A DNA stretch of 63,986 nucleotides, filler included, from Stramenopiles sp. TOSAG23-2 (Eukaryota), in NCBI GenBank assembly GCA_900128395.1. It is 3 parts of 3 records of this genome, joined end to end, with 100 filler letters (N's around TTAATTAATTAA, not from the genome) between each part and the next. Parts side by side here need not be neighbours in the genome. Positions count along the whole stretch, not along the records: positions 1 to 21,606 come from LT649535.1; positions 21,707 to 43,299 come from LT649536.1; 1 more part is not named here. The stretch is one strand, 5' to 3'. The notes below the pieces were generated by a model, which was not told the origin of the DNA, did no database searches, and saw nothing but the letters and a program-made list of their open reading frames with translations. The translations under genes and the position numbers were made by a program. Positions 21,284 to 30,810 of this stretch are shown one piece after another (the first letter of the stretch is position 1; the number at the start of each line of letters is the position of its first letter).

Positions 21284-21606
21284 TAAAAATATTGCGACAC
21301 GCACACTATCAGAGAGGGTACAGTATATCGATAACTTCACTAACACCGGATTTTCCGGAATTCAAAATCCATACAGGTAATTTTTTTCTTTTTTTTTAGC
21401 CTGCTATATCCATGTGGATAGCTCTAGCTGGATATAGCATGTTAATAATATACCGTATGCACGTATGTGCGTATTAGAATAATAAAATTTAGCACATTAC
21501 TAATTATTACAGGTAATACATGATGTAGATAGATATATACATTGTATATATTCTATCATATCAATAGAAGAATACAAATAACAAAAACAAAATTCATACT
21601 CGATAA
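21284..21606. repeat. Copy 2 (inverted, with indels) of 17201-17535; runs into the contig end
   Basis: Collinear reverse-complement blocks separated by indels. Confidence 0.9.
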
Positions 21607-21706
21607 NNNNNNNNNNNNNNNNNNNNNNNNNNNNNNNNNNNNNNNNNNNNTTAATTAATTAANNNNNNNNNNNNNNNNNNNNNNNNNNNNNNNNNNNNNN
21701 NNNNNN
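21607..21706. other. Artificial scaffold spacer (N44 + TTAATTAATTAA six-frame stop + N44)
   Basis: Exactly 100 nt; same construct at 43300-43399. Confidence 0.98.
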
Positions 21707-22174
21707 TGTTTGTGTTTAACTTTTTAATATTTTTTTTTGAAGGGCATGGTTGTTCTAAAACTCGTATTTTTTCATTTTCGTGTTTCAAAACACTCTACAG
21801 GCATAAACGATTATATGACGATTTCCGGCATAAAATTATAGATAGTGAATCGATCTAGTTTCGAAGATTATGCCATTGAAAATTTTTTGCTCCTCAGAGA
21901 CATGATCATACGGAAAGAGCTTAAAAATATGTAGAAATAGCATATAAATACCATTAAAAATTATGTAAAACTAGGTACTATGTAATATTATGGTCTTTTT
22001 TATATTCCTCCTGATCTTATCGAAGATGGGTCATATATATATCATAATATAAGCAATTTTATATAAAATTTTAAAAAAATACGTAACAATTTTTTACCTC
22101 GTACCATCATTTGATTAATTCCTATAATATCATACTCCTCCTCCAAAAGAACACTTCAGTAACAGAAACGCTAC

Positions 22175-24136
22175 TTAAAATGGGACACGAGTGTATGCTG
22201 TACTATGAACATTACTGCCTTCATCATGATTAACATTCATGGCCACATCTGCTGGTTTAACTTGTGGTCTTTCAACAACAACGGTGGCTGGTGCTGCAGT
22301 GGTGGTGGTGGTGGTGGTAGGAGCAGCTGGTGCTGCTACTTTTTTACTGGAAGCTTTTACTTGTGGTTGTTCAAGATTTTTTGCTTTTCCGGAACTATCT
22401 TCTTCTGGTTTCATAGCAGGGAACAATAAAACTTCTTTGATTGTATTTTTATCAGTCAAGAACATGGTTAACCTGTCAATACCTAAACCCCATCCGCCAG
22501 TTGGTGGCAAACCATATTCCATAGCTTCGCAAAATTGTTCATCCTTGAATTGTGCTTCATCATCACCTTGTGCTTTTTGTTTTGCTTGATCATCAAAACG
22601 TTGACGTTGAACTCTTGGATTGTTCAATTCAGTATATGCATTACATAATTCTTTACCATTAATGAATAATTCAAAACGTTCCGTCATGCCAGCTTTGCTC
22701 CTGTGGTATTTGGCCAATGGTGACATTAATTCTGGATGATCAATGATAAATGTTGGGCGCTCATTAATTTGCGATTCGATGTAATGTTCAACTAATTTAT
22801 CAAGCAATTTTGCAGTAGTACGTGGATGGCAGTCAAGCTCTAACTCTGCTACTTTTTTGTCCAAGAATACACGTGCTTCTTCCGTATCGATTGGTGGAAT
22901 TTTGAAACCACCACGTTCCTCCACACCTTGAACCATTGGAACACGTTCAAATGGTGGTTCAAAATCAATCACAATAGGCTCGCCTTCACCATCAACACCA
23001 CGGTCTGGGTGGTACGTCAATTTGTAAGATCCAGTGATTTCATATACCATGCCACGTATCATGTCCTCGGTCATGTCCATCAAATCGTGGTAATCTGCAT
23101 ATGCCATGTAAAATTCACACGTAGTGAATTCTGGATTGTGTGTCATGTCCATACCTTCATTACGGAATTGACGTCCAATTTCGTATACACGATCTAATCC
23201 ACCAATGATCAATGTTTTCAAATAAAGCTCTGGAGCAATACGCATAAACATTTGCATTTTCAATTCGTTATGTACCGTGACGAACGGCAATGCAGTTGCG
23301 CCACCAGGAATCATATTTAAAATAGGTGTTTCAACTTCCAAAAAATTACGCATGTCCAAATAACGACGCATGTAATTGATACATTTTGCCCTAGTAGCAA
23401 AAACATTTCTTGCAGATTCATTACAAATTAAATCTAAATAACGTTTACGGTAACGTGTATCTTGATTGGTCAAGCCAGATTTATTACCACGTGCTTTTGG
23501 CAACATTCGTAAACATGGTGATAAAAGTTTCACATCTTTTGGAAAGATACTCAATTCACCTGTCCTGGTTTTCCCTGGAGTTCCAGTTAAACCGATGATA
23601 TCACCACGTCGTAAAACATCATGAATTTCATAAAATTTCTCTTCACCTCCTTCATGTGCATTTAAACTACACATAGCTTGTATTTTCTCACCGTCCCCTT
23701 GGATATTGTAGAAAACTAATTTTGCACTTGATGAGCGAATGTTGACGATGCGACCGGCAATGGAAACGGTAGTACTTTCATCACGTTGTTCTTTTTCCAT
23801 GGAATCAAATTGCTTACGGAAACTTGGTAAGTCCATATCAACTTTAAATTTGTGTGGATATGGATTTATTTTTGCATCATCTTTTTCGAGTTCACCAATA
23901 AACTTTTTACGATTTTCAAAATATTTCCATGGCTCAACTGCATCATCTCCACCACCTAATTTCTTTCTCTTTGGTTTTTTAGGCCCTTGTTTTGCTTCCC
24001 TTTCAGCTTTTGCTTTTGCCTTTGCTGCTTTCTTAGCAGCTTTTTGCTCTGCTTTTCTTCTACGGCGTTGTTCCGCTTTTGATAATTTTTCCCCTCCATC
24101 GCTTGTTTGTGGTGCATTTGGTACTTGTTCCGACAT
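22175..24136 (-). CDS. KARS: Cytosolic lysyl-tRNA synthetase (class II)
   Basis: NPYPHKF, RYRKRYLDL, FLEVETP, MRIAPELYLK, EIGRQFRNEG, HNPEFT, YGLPPTGGWGLGIDRL, IKEVLLFPAMKP; Lys-rich eukaryotic N-extension. Confidence 0.98.
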   Translation of the reverse strand: MSEQVPNAPQTSDGGEKLSKAEQRRRRKAEQKAAKKAAKAKAKAEREAKQGPKKPKRKKLGGGDDAVEPWKYFENRKKFIGELEKDDAKINPYPHKFKVDMDLPSFRKQFDSMEKEQRDESTTVSIAGRIVNIRSSSAKLVFYNIQGDGEKIQAMCSLNAHEGGEEKFYEIHDVLRRGDIIGLTGTPGKTRTGELSIFPKDVKLLSPCLRMLPKARGNKSGLTNQDTRYRKRYLDLICNESARNVFATRAKCINYMRRYLDMRNFLEVETPILNMIPGGATALPFVTVHNELKMQMFMRIAPELYLKTLIIGGLDRVYEIGRQFRNEGMDMTHNPEFTTCEFYMAYADYHDLMDMTEDMIRGMVYEITGSYKLTYHPDRGVDGEGEPIVIDFEPPFERVPMVQGVEERGGFKIPPIDTEEARVFLDKKVAELELDCHPRTTAKLLDKLVEHYIESQINERPTFIIDHPELMSPLAKYHRSKAGMTERFELFINGKELCNAYTELNNPRVQRQRFDDQAKQKAQGDDEAQFKDEQFCEAMEYGLPPTGGWGLGIDRLTMFLTDKNTIKEVLLFPAMKPEEDSSGKAKNLEQPQVKASSKKVAAPAAPTTTTTTTAAPATVVVERPQVKPADVAMNVNHDEGSNVHSTAYTRVPF

Positions 24137-25000
24137 AATTATTTAATTATTATTATTATTATTATATTTTTCTCTTCCTCTTATATATATTATATATAGT
24201 AAAATTATGAATAATCACTATAGTAAAATATAATTCTTTTTTGTTTATTTATATTTCTATATAATGTAATATGTTTCTCTTTTGCATCAATATATTCTAT
24301 CTATATACTCTTCACACATAATAATTCACAAATATTTCTATTTTATATCCACAAAAAAATCAATGGTGTGTAGTTATATTTTTCACTAAAATATTGAATT
24401 CGGATTCTAATGGCTGGGAAATTTCTAATTTTTAATAATAATGATAATTCCTGATGTACAAAAAAAATGTTTAAAATATTAATAATATGGAACTATCCTT
24501 CTCATTACTTATCCATTATAAAGTTTATTTTCTATCTTGTTACGGTAATTTAAATATAATTCTATCATTAATTATATGTAATTATCATAGTATACAATTT
24601 CAGTATAAATTGATAGGCAAATAATGGAAAATCATGTGTGGAGAATTATTTTGGAAAAATACATATTTACAGAATTTGGTAATTTTCTTGCTTTTGTAGG
24701 CCTTTGTCGCGAATATTTTTCATTTTTTGTAAAATTTATTTTTTTCGTACAATAATATGTTTCGAGGCATGTTCCTACCATGGGCTTAGCATTGAATTAA
24801 GCTTAGCAACAACGTATGCCTATAACAATAATACACAAGGGTTGATAGTTCGCAGGATATATATGAATTATAGAAATATAAATATATATATATATATATC
24901 TTGATAATCCTTATAGTATATATATTAAATAGAGGGATATTGTATTGGTACAATTTGAAATAATAGGAATTAATAATATATTGTAACTATCAATAAAACA

Positions 25001-26401
25001 ATGAAGAAGAGCAATTATATTATATTATTATTAGCATTGTTGCTATCATCATTCATAGCAACATCGGTAGTATTAGCGTCGTCAGAAGAATTTGATGAAT
25101 TTGCGGAAGTATTTGGTGATGATGAAGATGATGAACTTGATGAAGATGACGATATGGACGATGATGAAGAAAATAGTGATGTAGACTTTGATGGTTCAAT
25201 CAGTGGAAAGCAATTTTTAATCAAAAATGCCAGGAAATCAGGTGTTAATGTACATGAATCTGGCTTACAATATAAGGTGCTTCGCTCGGGTGATACAACA
25301 CATGGTGTTACACATCCATCTGCTACAGATATTTGTACAGTGCATTACACAGGTAAACTAACAAGTGGTGACGTATTTGATTCTTCAGTTGCACGTGGAA
25401 CCCCGGCGCAGTTTGCACCAAATCGTGTAATACGCGGTTGGACAATTGCATTGCAAATGATGTCTCCAGGCGATAAGTGGATATTAACCATACCATCTGA
25501 ATTAGCATATGGCGAAAAAGCTAGTGGAAAAATACCAGCAAATTCAGTCTTGATTTTTGAAGTGGAATTAATTAGCTTCAGAGGACCATCTTGGCGTGAT
25601 TATTTGAGCACTAATACAATTATCATCATAGTATATATGTTGTATACATTTTATAATTTGTTTTTTGGGAATCGTGGTGGTGCACCAAAGGGCTGCAAAG
25701 ACGTGCCATTCAAAGAAGCTATGGCTGGTAATCTAGATAAAGTTTATTTCGAAATTACAATTGGTGGAGAGAAAAAAGGTCGTTTAAATATGCTTTTATT
25801 TAAAGATATTGTACCAAAAACAGTGAAAAATTTCAAAACCCTTTGTACAGGTGAGAAAGGATTTGGATACAAAGGCTCCCCATTTCATAGAATTATACCA
25901 GATTTCATGTTGCAAGGTGGAGATTTTACTGCACAAAATGGAACAGGGGGCAAATCTATTTACGGCCGTAAATTTGATGATGAATTCACTGAAAAAGGAA
26001 TGGTAAAACATTCGAGGCCAGGCTTATTATCAATGGCAAATGCAGGTCCAAATACAAATGGTTCTCAATTCTTCATCACAACTGCTGTAACATCACATTT
26101 AGATGGAAAACACGTTGTATTTGGGGTAGTAGCAGATAAAGAATCGATGAAATTAGTCAAAGAGATTGAAGCAATAGGCAGTAGTAGTGGAACACCAAGT
26201 AAAAAAGTTATTGTAGCTAATTGCGGTTATCTTCAAGAAGTACCAGCCGTGAATAAAGCTAAACATTCCCATAGTCATGATGGTGTAGAATGCCATGGAC
26301 ACGGAGAAGCATCATCAGATGTGAATAATAATAAAAAAGATGATGATGCAAAGGCTAAAAAACTTGAAAAAGAGAAGGTTGATATCGAGAAGATGGATTA
26401 A
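25001..26401 (+). CDS. Dual-family immunophilin: signal peptide, acidic tract, Mip-type FKBP, TM helix, cyclophilin, His-rich tail
   Basis: [39 protein letters not shown] (FKBP); [43 protein letters not shown] (cyclophilin). Confidence 0.95.
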   Translation: MKKSNYIILLLALLLSSFIATSVVLASSEEFDEFAEVFGDDEDDELDEDDDMDDDEENSDVDFDGSISGKQFLIKNARKSGVNVHESGLQYKVLRSGDTTHGVTHPSATDICTVHYTGKLTSGDVFDSSVARGTPAQFAPNRVIRGWTIALQMMSPGDKWILTIPSELAYGEKASGKIPANSVLIFEVELISFRGPSWRDYLSTNTIIIIVYMLYTFYNLFFGNRGGAPKGCKDVPFKEAMAGNLDKVYFEITIGGEKKGRLNMLLFKDIVPKTVKNFKTLCTGEKGFGYKGSPFHRIIPDFMLQGGDFTAQNGTGGKSIYGRKFDDEFTEKGMVKHSRPGLLSMANAGPNTNGSQFFITTAVTSHLDGKHVVFGVVADKESMKLVKEIEAIGSSSGTPSKKVIVANCGYLQEVPAVNKAKHSHSHDGVECHGHGEASSDVNNNKKDDDAKAKKLEKEKVDIEKMD

Positions 26402-27569
26402 ATAAAATATACGGGAGTACGTTTATTAACCTGAAAATATTTTTATAAAAATTAAAGGAGTGTGTTTTATAAAATATTTTAAAAAATGTATGATACACCA
26501 GTATTTTAGTTTTTTATAAATTTTTATAAAAATAATCATAATAATGGTTTAAAATGTAAAAAAATGTACGTAGTTTTCAATTAAATATACGTTCGTATTT
26601 GATTACCTATCACATACGAAGTATAATACAAATCATTTTACTCTCTAGAGTACATTTTCGTAATTTTCTTCTTATGAGATACAAAACTAAAAAGTTAAAA
26701 TATCCACACATATTAAATATATCGTATGTGTTTTAATATTCGCATATAAGAAGTTAAAAAAAAAATACGACTCACTCGTATTCGTAGAAAAAATGTAAAG
26801 CACTATGTTTTCATTCCCATGCTTCCTTAGCCCTTTCCTTTACTGTTTTCTTTTCCGCTGGTAACCCTCGCTAAACCGGTCAAAACTGTACACTTAACAC
26901 TTAACACTATTCACTATGGGTGAAATAATCATAATTGTTTCTATATTTTCGGATATTTGCTATTTTTACAAATATATGAAACATAAAATTGGCATTTTAG
27001 AAAACGATATATACGGACAGGGCCATAAAGTATAGATATTAGACTAATATATTTTGATAGTAGAAACTCATGACCCAGGGCCAAACGCGCAAACGCGCAA
27101 ACGCGGCCTATAATTATTTTAGATACAGTACTATATGCCACGTACTCCCTCGTGAGTAATCCTATATAGGTATATTGGAAAAAAAAAAAGAAGGACGATC
27201 AATACATTTTGTTGATTTCACCGATTCTAAATTGATATAATTACTACAGTACAGTATAATGCTGTGAGATCCGGGAGATGAAAAATGAAAAAAGAGGGGC
27301 AAAAATAAAATTTCGTTCAGCACACACGTGACATGGTACAGTCTATTAGTATACTAGATGTATAAAGAAATTAGAAAGATAAAGAACAACGTATTATATA
27401 TAAATATATATTAGCAAAGTATATCAAGATAATTTAAAGTGTTTCGTGCATGTTACTATTGTTGTTGTTGAATATATTTTAACTTTTTGATACGATCCCT
27501 TTCGGTATCGATTTTTTTGTACAAGATACACAAACAGAAGCAGCTTCTGAAAAATAAGAAGTAGAAAAG

Positions 27570-30500
27570 ATGAAACATTGTTACTTTTACATAATTTGGA
27601 TCATGGCAACATCGTTTATTGTTGTGACACCTGTAAGCGGCCGCTGCAGAGATGGTGGTATGCGAAACGTGAGAAACGGAGGAGGTTGTAGTTGCAGCCC
27701 GTCACAATGCAGAAGAGATTGGACTGTAAGCGCTGGTGGCGACAATGGTTATGACGAATGCTGTGGTTGTGACATTAGTTGTGAGGCTATGACGAAATTG
27801 ATTAACAACGCAAAGAACATAGCGAACGCTGCTCACAAAACAGCGAACGCTGCTCACAACACAGCGAACAAAGCAAAGACCACAGCGAACAAAGCAAAGA
27901 CCACAGCTGAGGAAGCCGGAAGAAAAGCTGGAGAAGCCAAAAAAACAGCTGTGGAATCCGAAAGAAAAGCTGGAGAAGCCAAAAAAACAGCCACTACAGC
28001 ACAGTCAACAGCAAAGGCGGCGAAAGATAGTGCTGGAGAAGCCAAAAAAACAGCCACTACAGCACAGTCAACAGCAAAGGCGGCAAAAGATAGTGCTGGA
28101 GAAGCCAAAATAACAGCAAAGGCGGCGAAAGATAGTGCTGGAGAAGCCAAAACAACAGCCACTACAGCACGGTCAACAGCAAAGGCGGCAAAAGATAGTG
28201 CCACTACAGCAAAGAAAACAGCTGCGGAAGCCGGAGGAAAAGCTGGAGAAGCCCATAAATCAGCTGGAGAAGCCAAAACAACAGCCTCTACAGCACAGTC
28301 AGCAGCAAACGAGGCGAAAAAAAGAGCTGGAGAAGCCCATAAATCAGCCACGACAGCACAGGAATCAGCATCTACAGCACATAAATCAGCTGGAGAAGCC
28401 CATAAATTAGCCACTACAGCACAGAAAACAGCCATCACAGCTCAGTCAACAGCAAAGGCGGCGAAAGTTAGTGCCAGTACAGCACAGGAAACAGCAAAGG
28501 CGGCAAAAGATAGTGCCGCTACAGCAAAGAAAACAGCTGCGGAAGCCGTAGGAAAAGCTGGAGAAGCCCATAAATCAGCTGGAGAAGCCAAAACAACAGC
28601 CTCTACAGCTCAGTCAGCAGCAAACGAGGCGAAAAAAAGAGCTGGAGAAGCCCATAAATCAGCCACGACAGCACAGGAATCAGCATCTACAGCACATAAA
28701 TCAGCTGGAGAAGCCCATAAATTAGCCACTACAGCACAGAAAACAGCCATCACAGCTCAGTCAACAGCAAAGGCGGCGAAAGTTAGTGCCAGTACAGCAC
28801 AGGAAACAGCAAAGGCGGCAAAAGATAGTGCCGCTACAGCAAAGAAAACAGCTGCGGAAGCCGTAGGAAAAGCTGGAGAAGCCCATAAATCAGCTGGAGA
28901 AGCCAAAACAACAGCCTCTACAGCTCAGTCAGCAGCAAACGAGGCGAAAAAAAGAGCTGGAGAAGCCCATAAATCAGCCACGACAGCACAGTCAACAGCC
29001 ACCACAGCACAAAAAACAGCCACTACAGCAAAGTCAACCGCAAGCAAGGCTCACTCATTGGCTAGTACAGCACAGAAAATAGCCGGAGAAGCAAAAGATG
29101 GAGCGGAACGTGTAAAAGAAAGTGTTCAAATTACAAAAGCAAGTGTGGAAAAGTTGAAAGAAACAGCTGATAATAAAATCAAAGAGTTAAAAGAAAGTAC
29201 TAATACTCACGTCACAGAAATCAAAACTAAACTGGATGAACAAAAGGAAAAAACAAACGATTTATCGATTAAAAATTCACGTTTATGGCAAAAAGAACAA
29301 ATACGTTTACAACATGATACGACGATGCAACATCGTAAAACCAAAGATAATACAAATGAAAAATCATCATGTAAAAGTGAACGTACAAAAGGTACAATTA
29401 TATTTCCTGCAATTGAAATTTCAAATGAAATTGAAGACAAAGAAGATACAACATGTATTGATACCAACCGTGATGAATTATTAAAATCATTTTGTTCCTT
29501 TAGAATGGATTTAGACAATTTATTTAAAATACAAAGTATTAAAAAAGAAGCAAAAACATTTTGGCCTAATATATGTTGTAAAGAACGTAATGGTAATGAT
29601 ATTTCCAAAACATTAGAATCGTGCAAACCACCTGAAGGTAGTGATATTAAACCTGAAAACATGATACCATTTGCTTTATCACAAGGTGGACATTACAATC
29701 GTCATAATTTATATGTGGAAGTGACGGAGGCCATTAAGGAGAATGGATATTTACATGAAGGCATGGAAAAGTTGCTCGATTCGTTTCCATCATCTATGGA
29801 TATAAAAAAAGAAAAAGCAAAAGAAAAGGTTGGCAAGTTCTTTAATGAGGTCTCATTATGCGGCCCACGTATTGTGGATGCTCCGGGAAACAATGAAAAT
29901 AAATTATGTGAATTGTTTGTTCCTTATAAACATGCAATGAGAAACTTTTACAATTTAATTAAAAGTTTGTATATCAAACCAATGAAAATCCAATCAGCAT
30001 TTTTTTTAGAAACCATGGAGCGTTCGCTGCGTAAACGTTCGGAAACGAAACGTGTAGGAAAAAGCAATATACAAAATATAATGCAAATGAAACCTAAAAC
30101 CACTGCAGAAGCAACATGCACGGGCGGTTCCAAATGGACGTCTTCGGAACTAAAAGAGAAAAAGCAAGACTTTTGTCTTGGTTACAACCATTTAGATTTA
30201 AGCGATACCAACATTAAAAACGTTGCGATACATTATTTGAAACACGATATATCGTACGATGATAAGAAAATGTTTGAGTTGTCTGAGCAATTGCGTTACG
30301 AGGTAACAGACAGTTCCTGTCCCGCACCATTGTTCACTGCGAATGATATTTCGATTCAACAAGTCGGGATGGATGTATTAGGAAAAGAAAAAGAATGGGT
30401 AGCAGTTGTTAATTTGAATACCCAGGATAAAGATGGTTATTTACAAAGTGAGTTGCCACATTGCGAAGATCGAAAATATTTAATTGGTGCTAAAGTAGTA

Positions 30501-30722
30501 GTGAAAGCATATGTAGATGACAGAAATTGTTGTAAAACGATGAAAGACTCAACAAAATGTGAAGATTTATGCGGAAAGCCATTGAGAAGATTGAACGATA
30601 CTGACCACAAACATTATTCCAAAGACGTGGTGTTGACGGGAACGCATTACGAGGTAAAAAATCCACATGATGTGAGAAGGAGGAGGCGGTTGTTGAAGGA
30701 TCGCAACAGTCACTTGTGTTAA
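27570..30722 (+). CDS. Secreted fibre-like protein: signal peptide, Cys-rich head, Ala/Thr/Lys heptad stalk, Cys-rich C-terminal domain, RRRRLL motif
   Basis: 1050-aa ORF; hydrophobic N-terminus; about 430 aa of 7-aa repeats such as AGEAKKT, ATTAQST, AKAAKDS. Confidence 0.88.
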   Translation: MKHCYFYIIWIMATSFIVVTPVSGRCRDGGMRNVRNGGGCSCSPSQCRRDWTVSAGGDNGYDECCGCDISCEAMTKLINNAKNIANAAHKTANAAHNTANKAKTTANKAKTTAEEAGRKAGEAKKTAVESERKAGEAKKTATTAQSTAKAAKDSAGEAKKTATTAQSTAKAAKDSAGEAKITAKAAKDSAGEAKTTATTARSTAKAAKDSATTAKKTAAEAGGKAGEAHKSAGEAKTTASTAQSAANEAKKRAGEAHKSATTAQESASTAHKSAGEAHKLATTAQKTAITAQSTAKAAKVSASTAQETAKAAKDSAATAKKTAAEAVGKAGEAHKSAGEAKTTASTAQSAANEAKKRAGEAHKSATTAQESASTAHKSAGEAHKLATTAQKTAITAQSTAKAAKVSASTAQETAKAAKDSAATAKKTAAEAVGKAGEAHKSAGEAKTTASTAQSAANEAKKRAGEAHKSATTAQSTATTAQKTATTAKSTASKAHSLASTAQKIAGEAKDGAERVKESVQITKASVEKLKETADNKIKELKESTNTHVTEIKTKLDEQKEKTNDLSIKNSRLWQKEQIRLQHDTTMQHRKTKDNTNEKSSCKSERTKGTIIFPAIEISNEIEDKEDTTCIDTNRDELLKSFCSFRMDLDNLFKIQSIKKEAKTFWPNICCKERNGNDISKTLESCKPPEGSDIKPENMIPFALSQGGHYNRHNLYVEVTEAIKENGYLHEGMEKLLDSFPSSMDIKKEKAKEKVGKFFNEVSLCGPRIVDAPGNNENKLCELFVPYKHAMRNFYNLIKSLYIKPMKIQSAFFLETMERSLRKRSETKRVGKSNIQNIMQMKPKTTAEATCTGGSKWTSSELKEKKQDFCLGYNHLDLSDTNIKNVAIHYLKHDISYDDKKMFELSEQLRYEVTDSSCPAPLFTANDISIQQVGMDVLGKEKEWVAVVNLNTQDKDGYLQSELPHCEDRKYLIGAKVVVKAYVDDRNCCKTMKDSTKCEDLCGKPLRRLNDTDHKHYSKDVVLTGTHYEVKNPHDVRRRRRLLKDRNSHLC
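27805..29100 (+). repeat. Coding minisatellite of 21-nt modules with a 315-bp higher-order repeat
   Basis: AAAGATAGTG at 28191, 28506 and 28821 (period 315 = 15 x 21); GCTGGAGAAGCC recurs throughout. Confidence 0.92.
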
Positions 30723-30810
30723 AAAGTGGGGTAGTATAGGGCCTTTAAATTTAAAATGTAGCAGAGAGAGTAAAAAACAAAATTTTAACTTTTATATAAA
30801 AACAGAACTT

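Noticed and set aside
21651..21662. TTAATTAATTAA palindrome inside N runs (also 43344-43355)
   Set aside because: Synthetic six-frame-stop linker; adjacency across it is not guaranteed
27854..28438. Antisense ORF in the heptad array (and many other short antisense or overlapping ORFs)
   Set aside because: Shadows of stop-poor coding repeats
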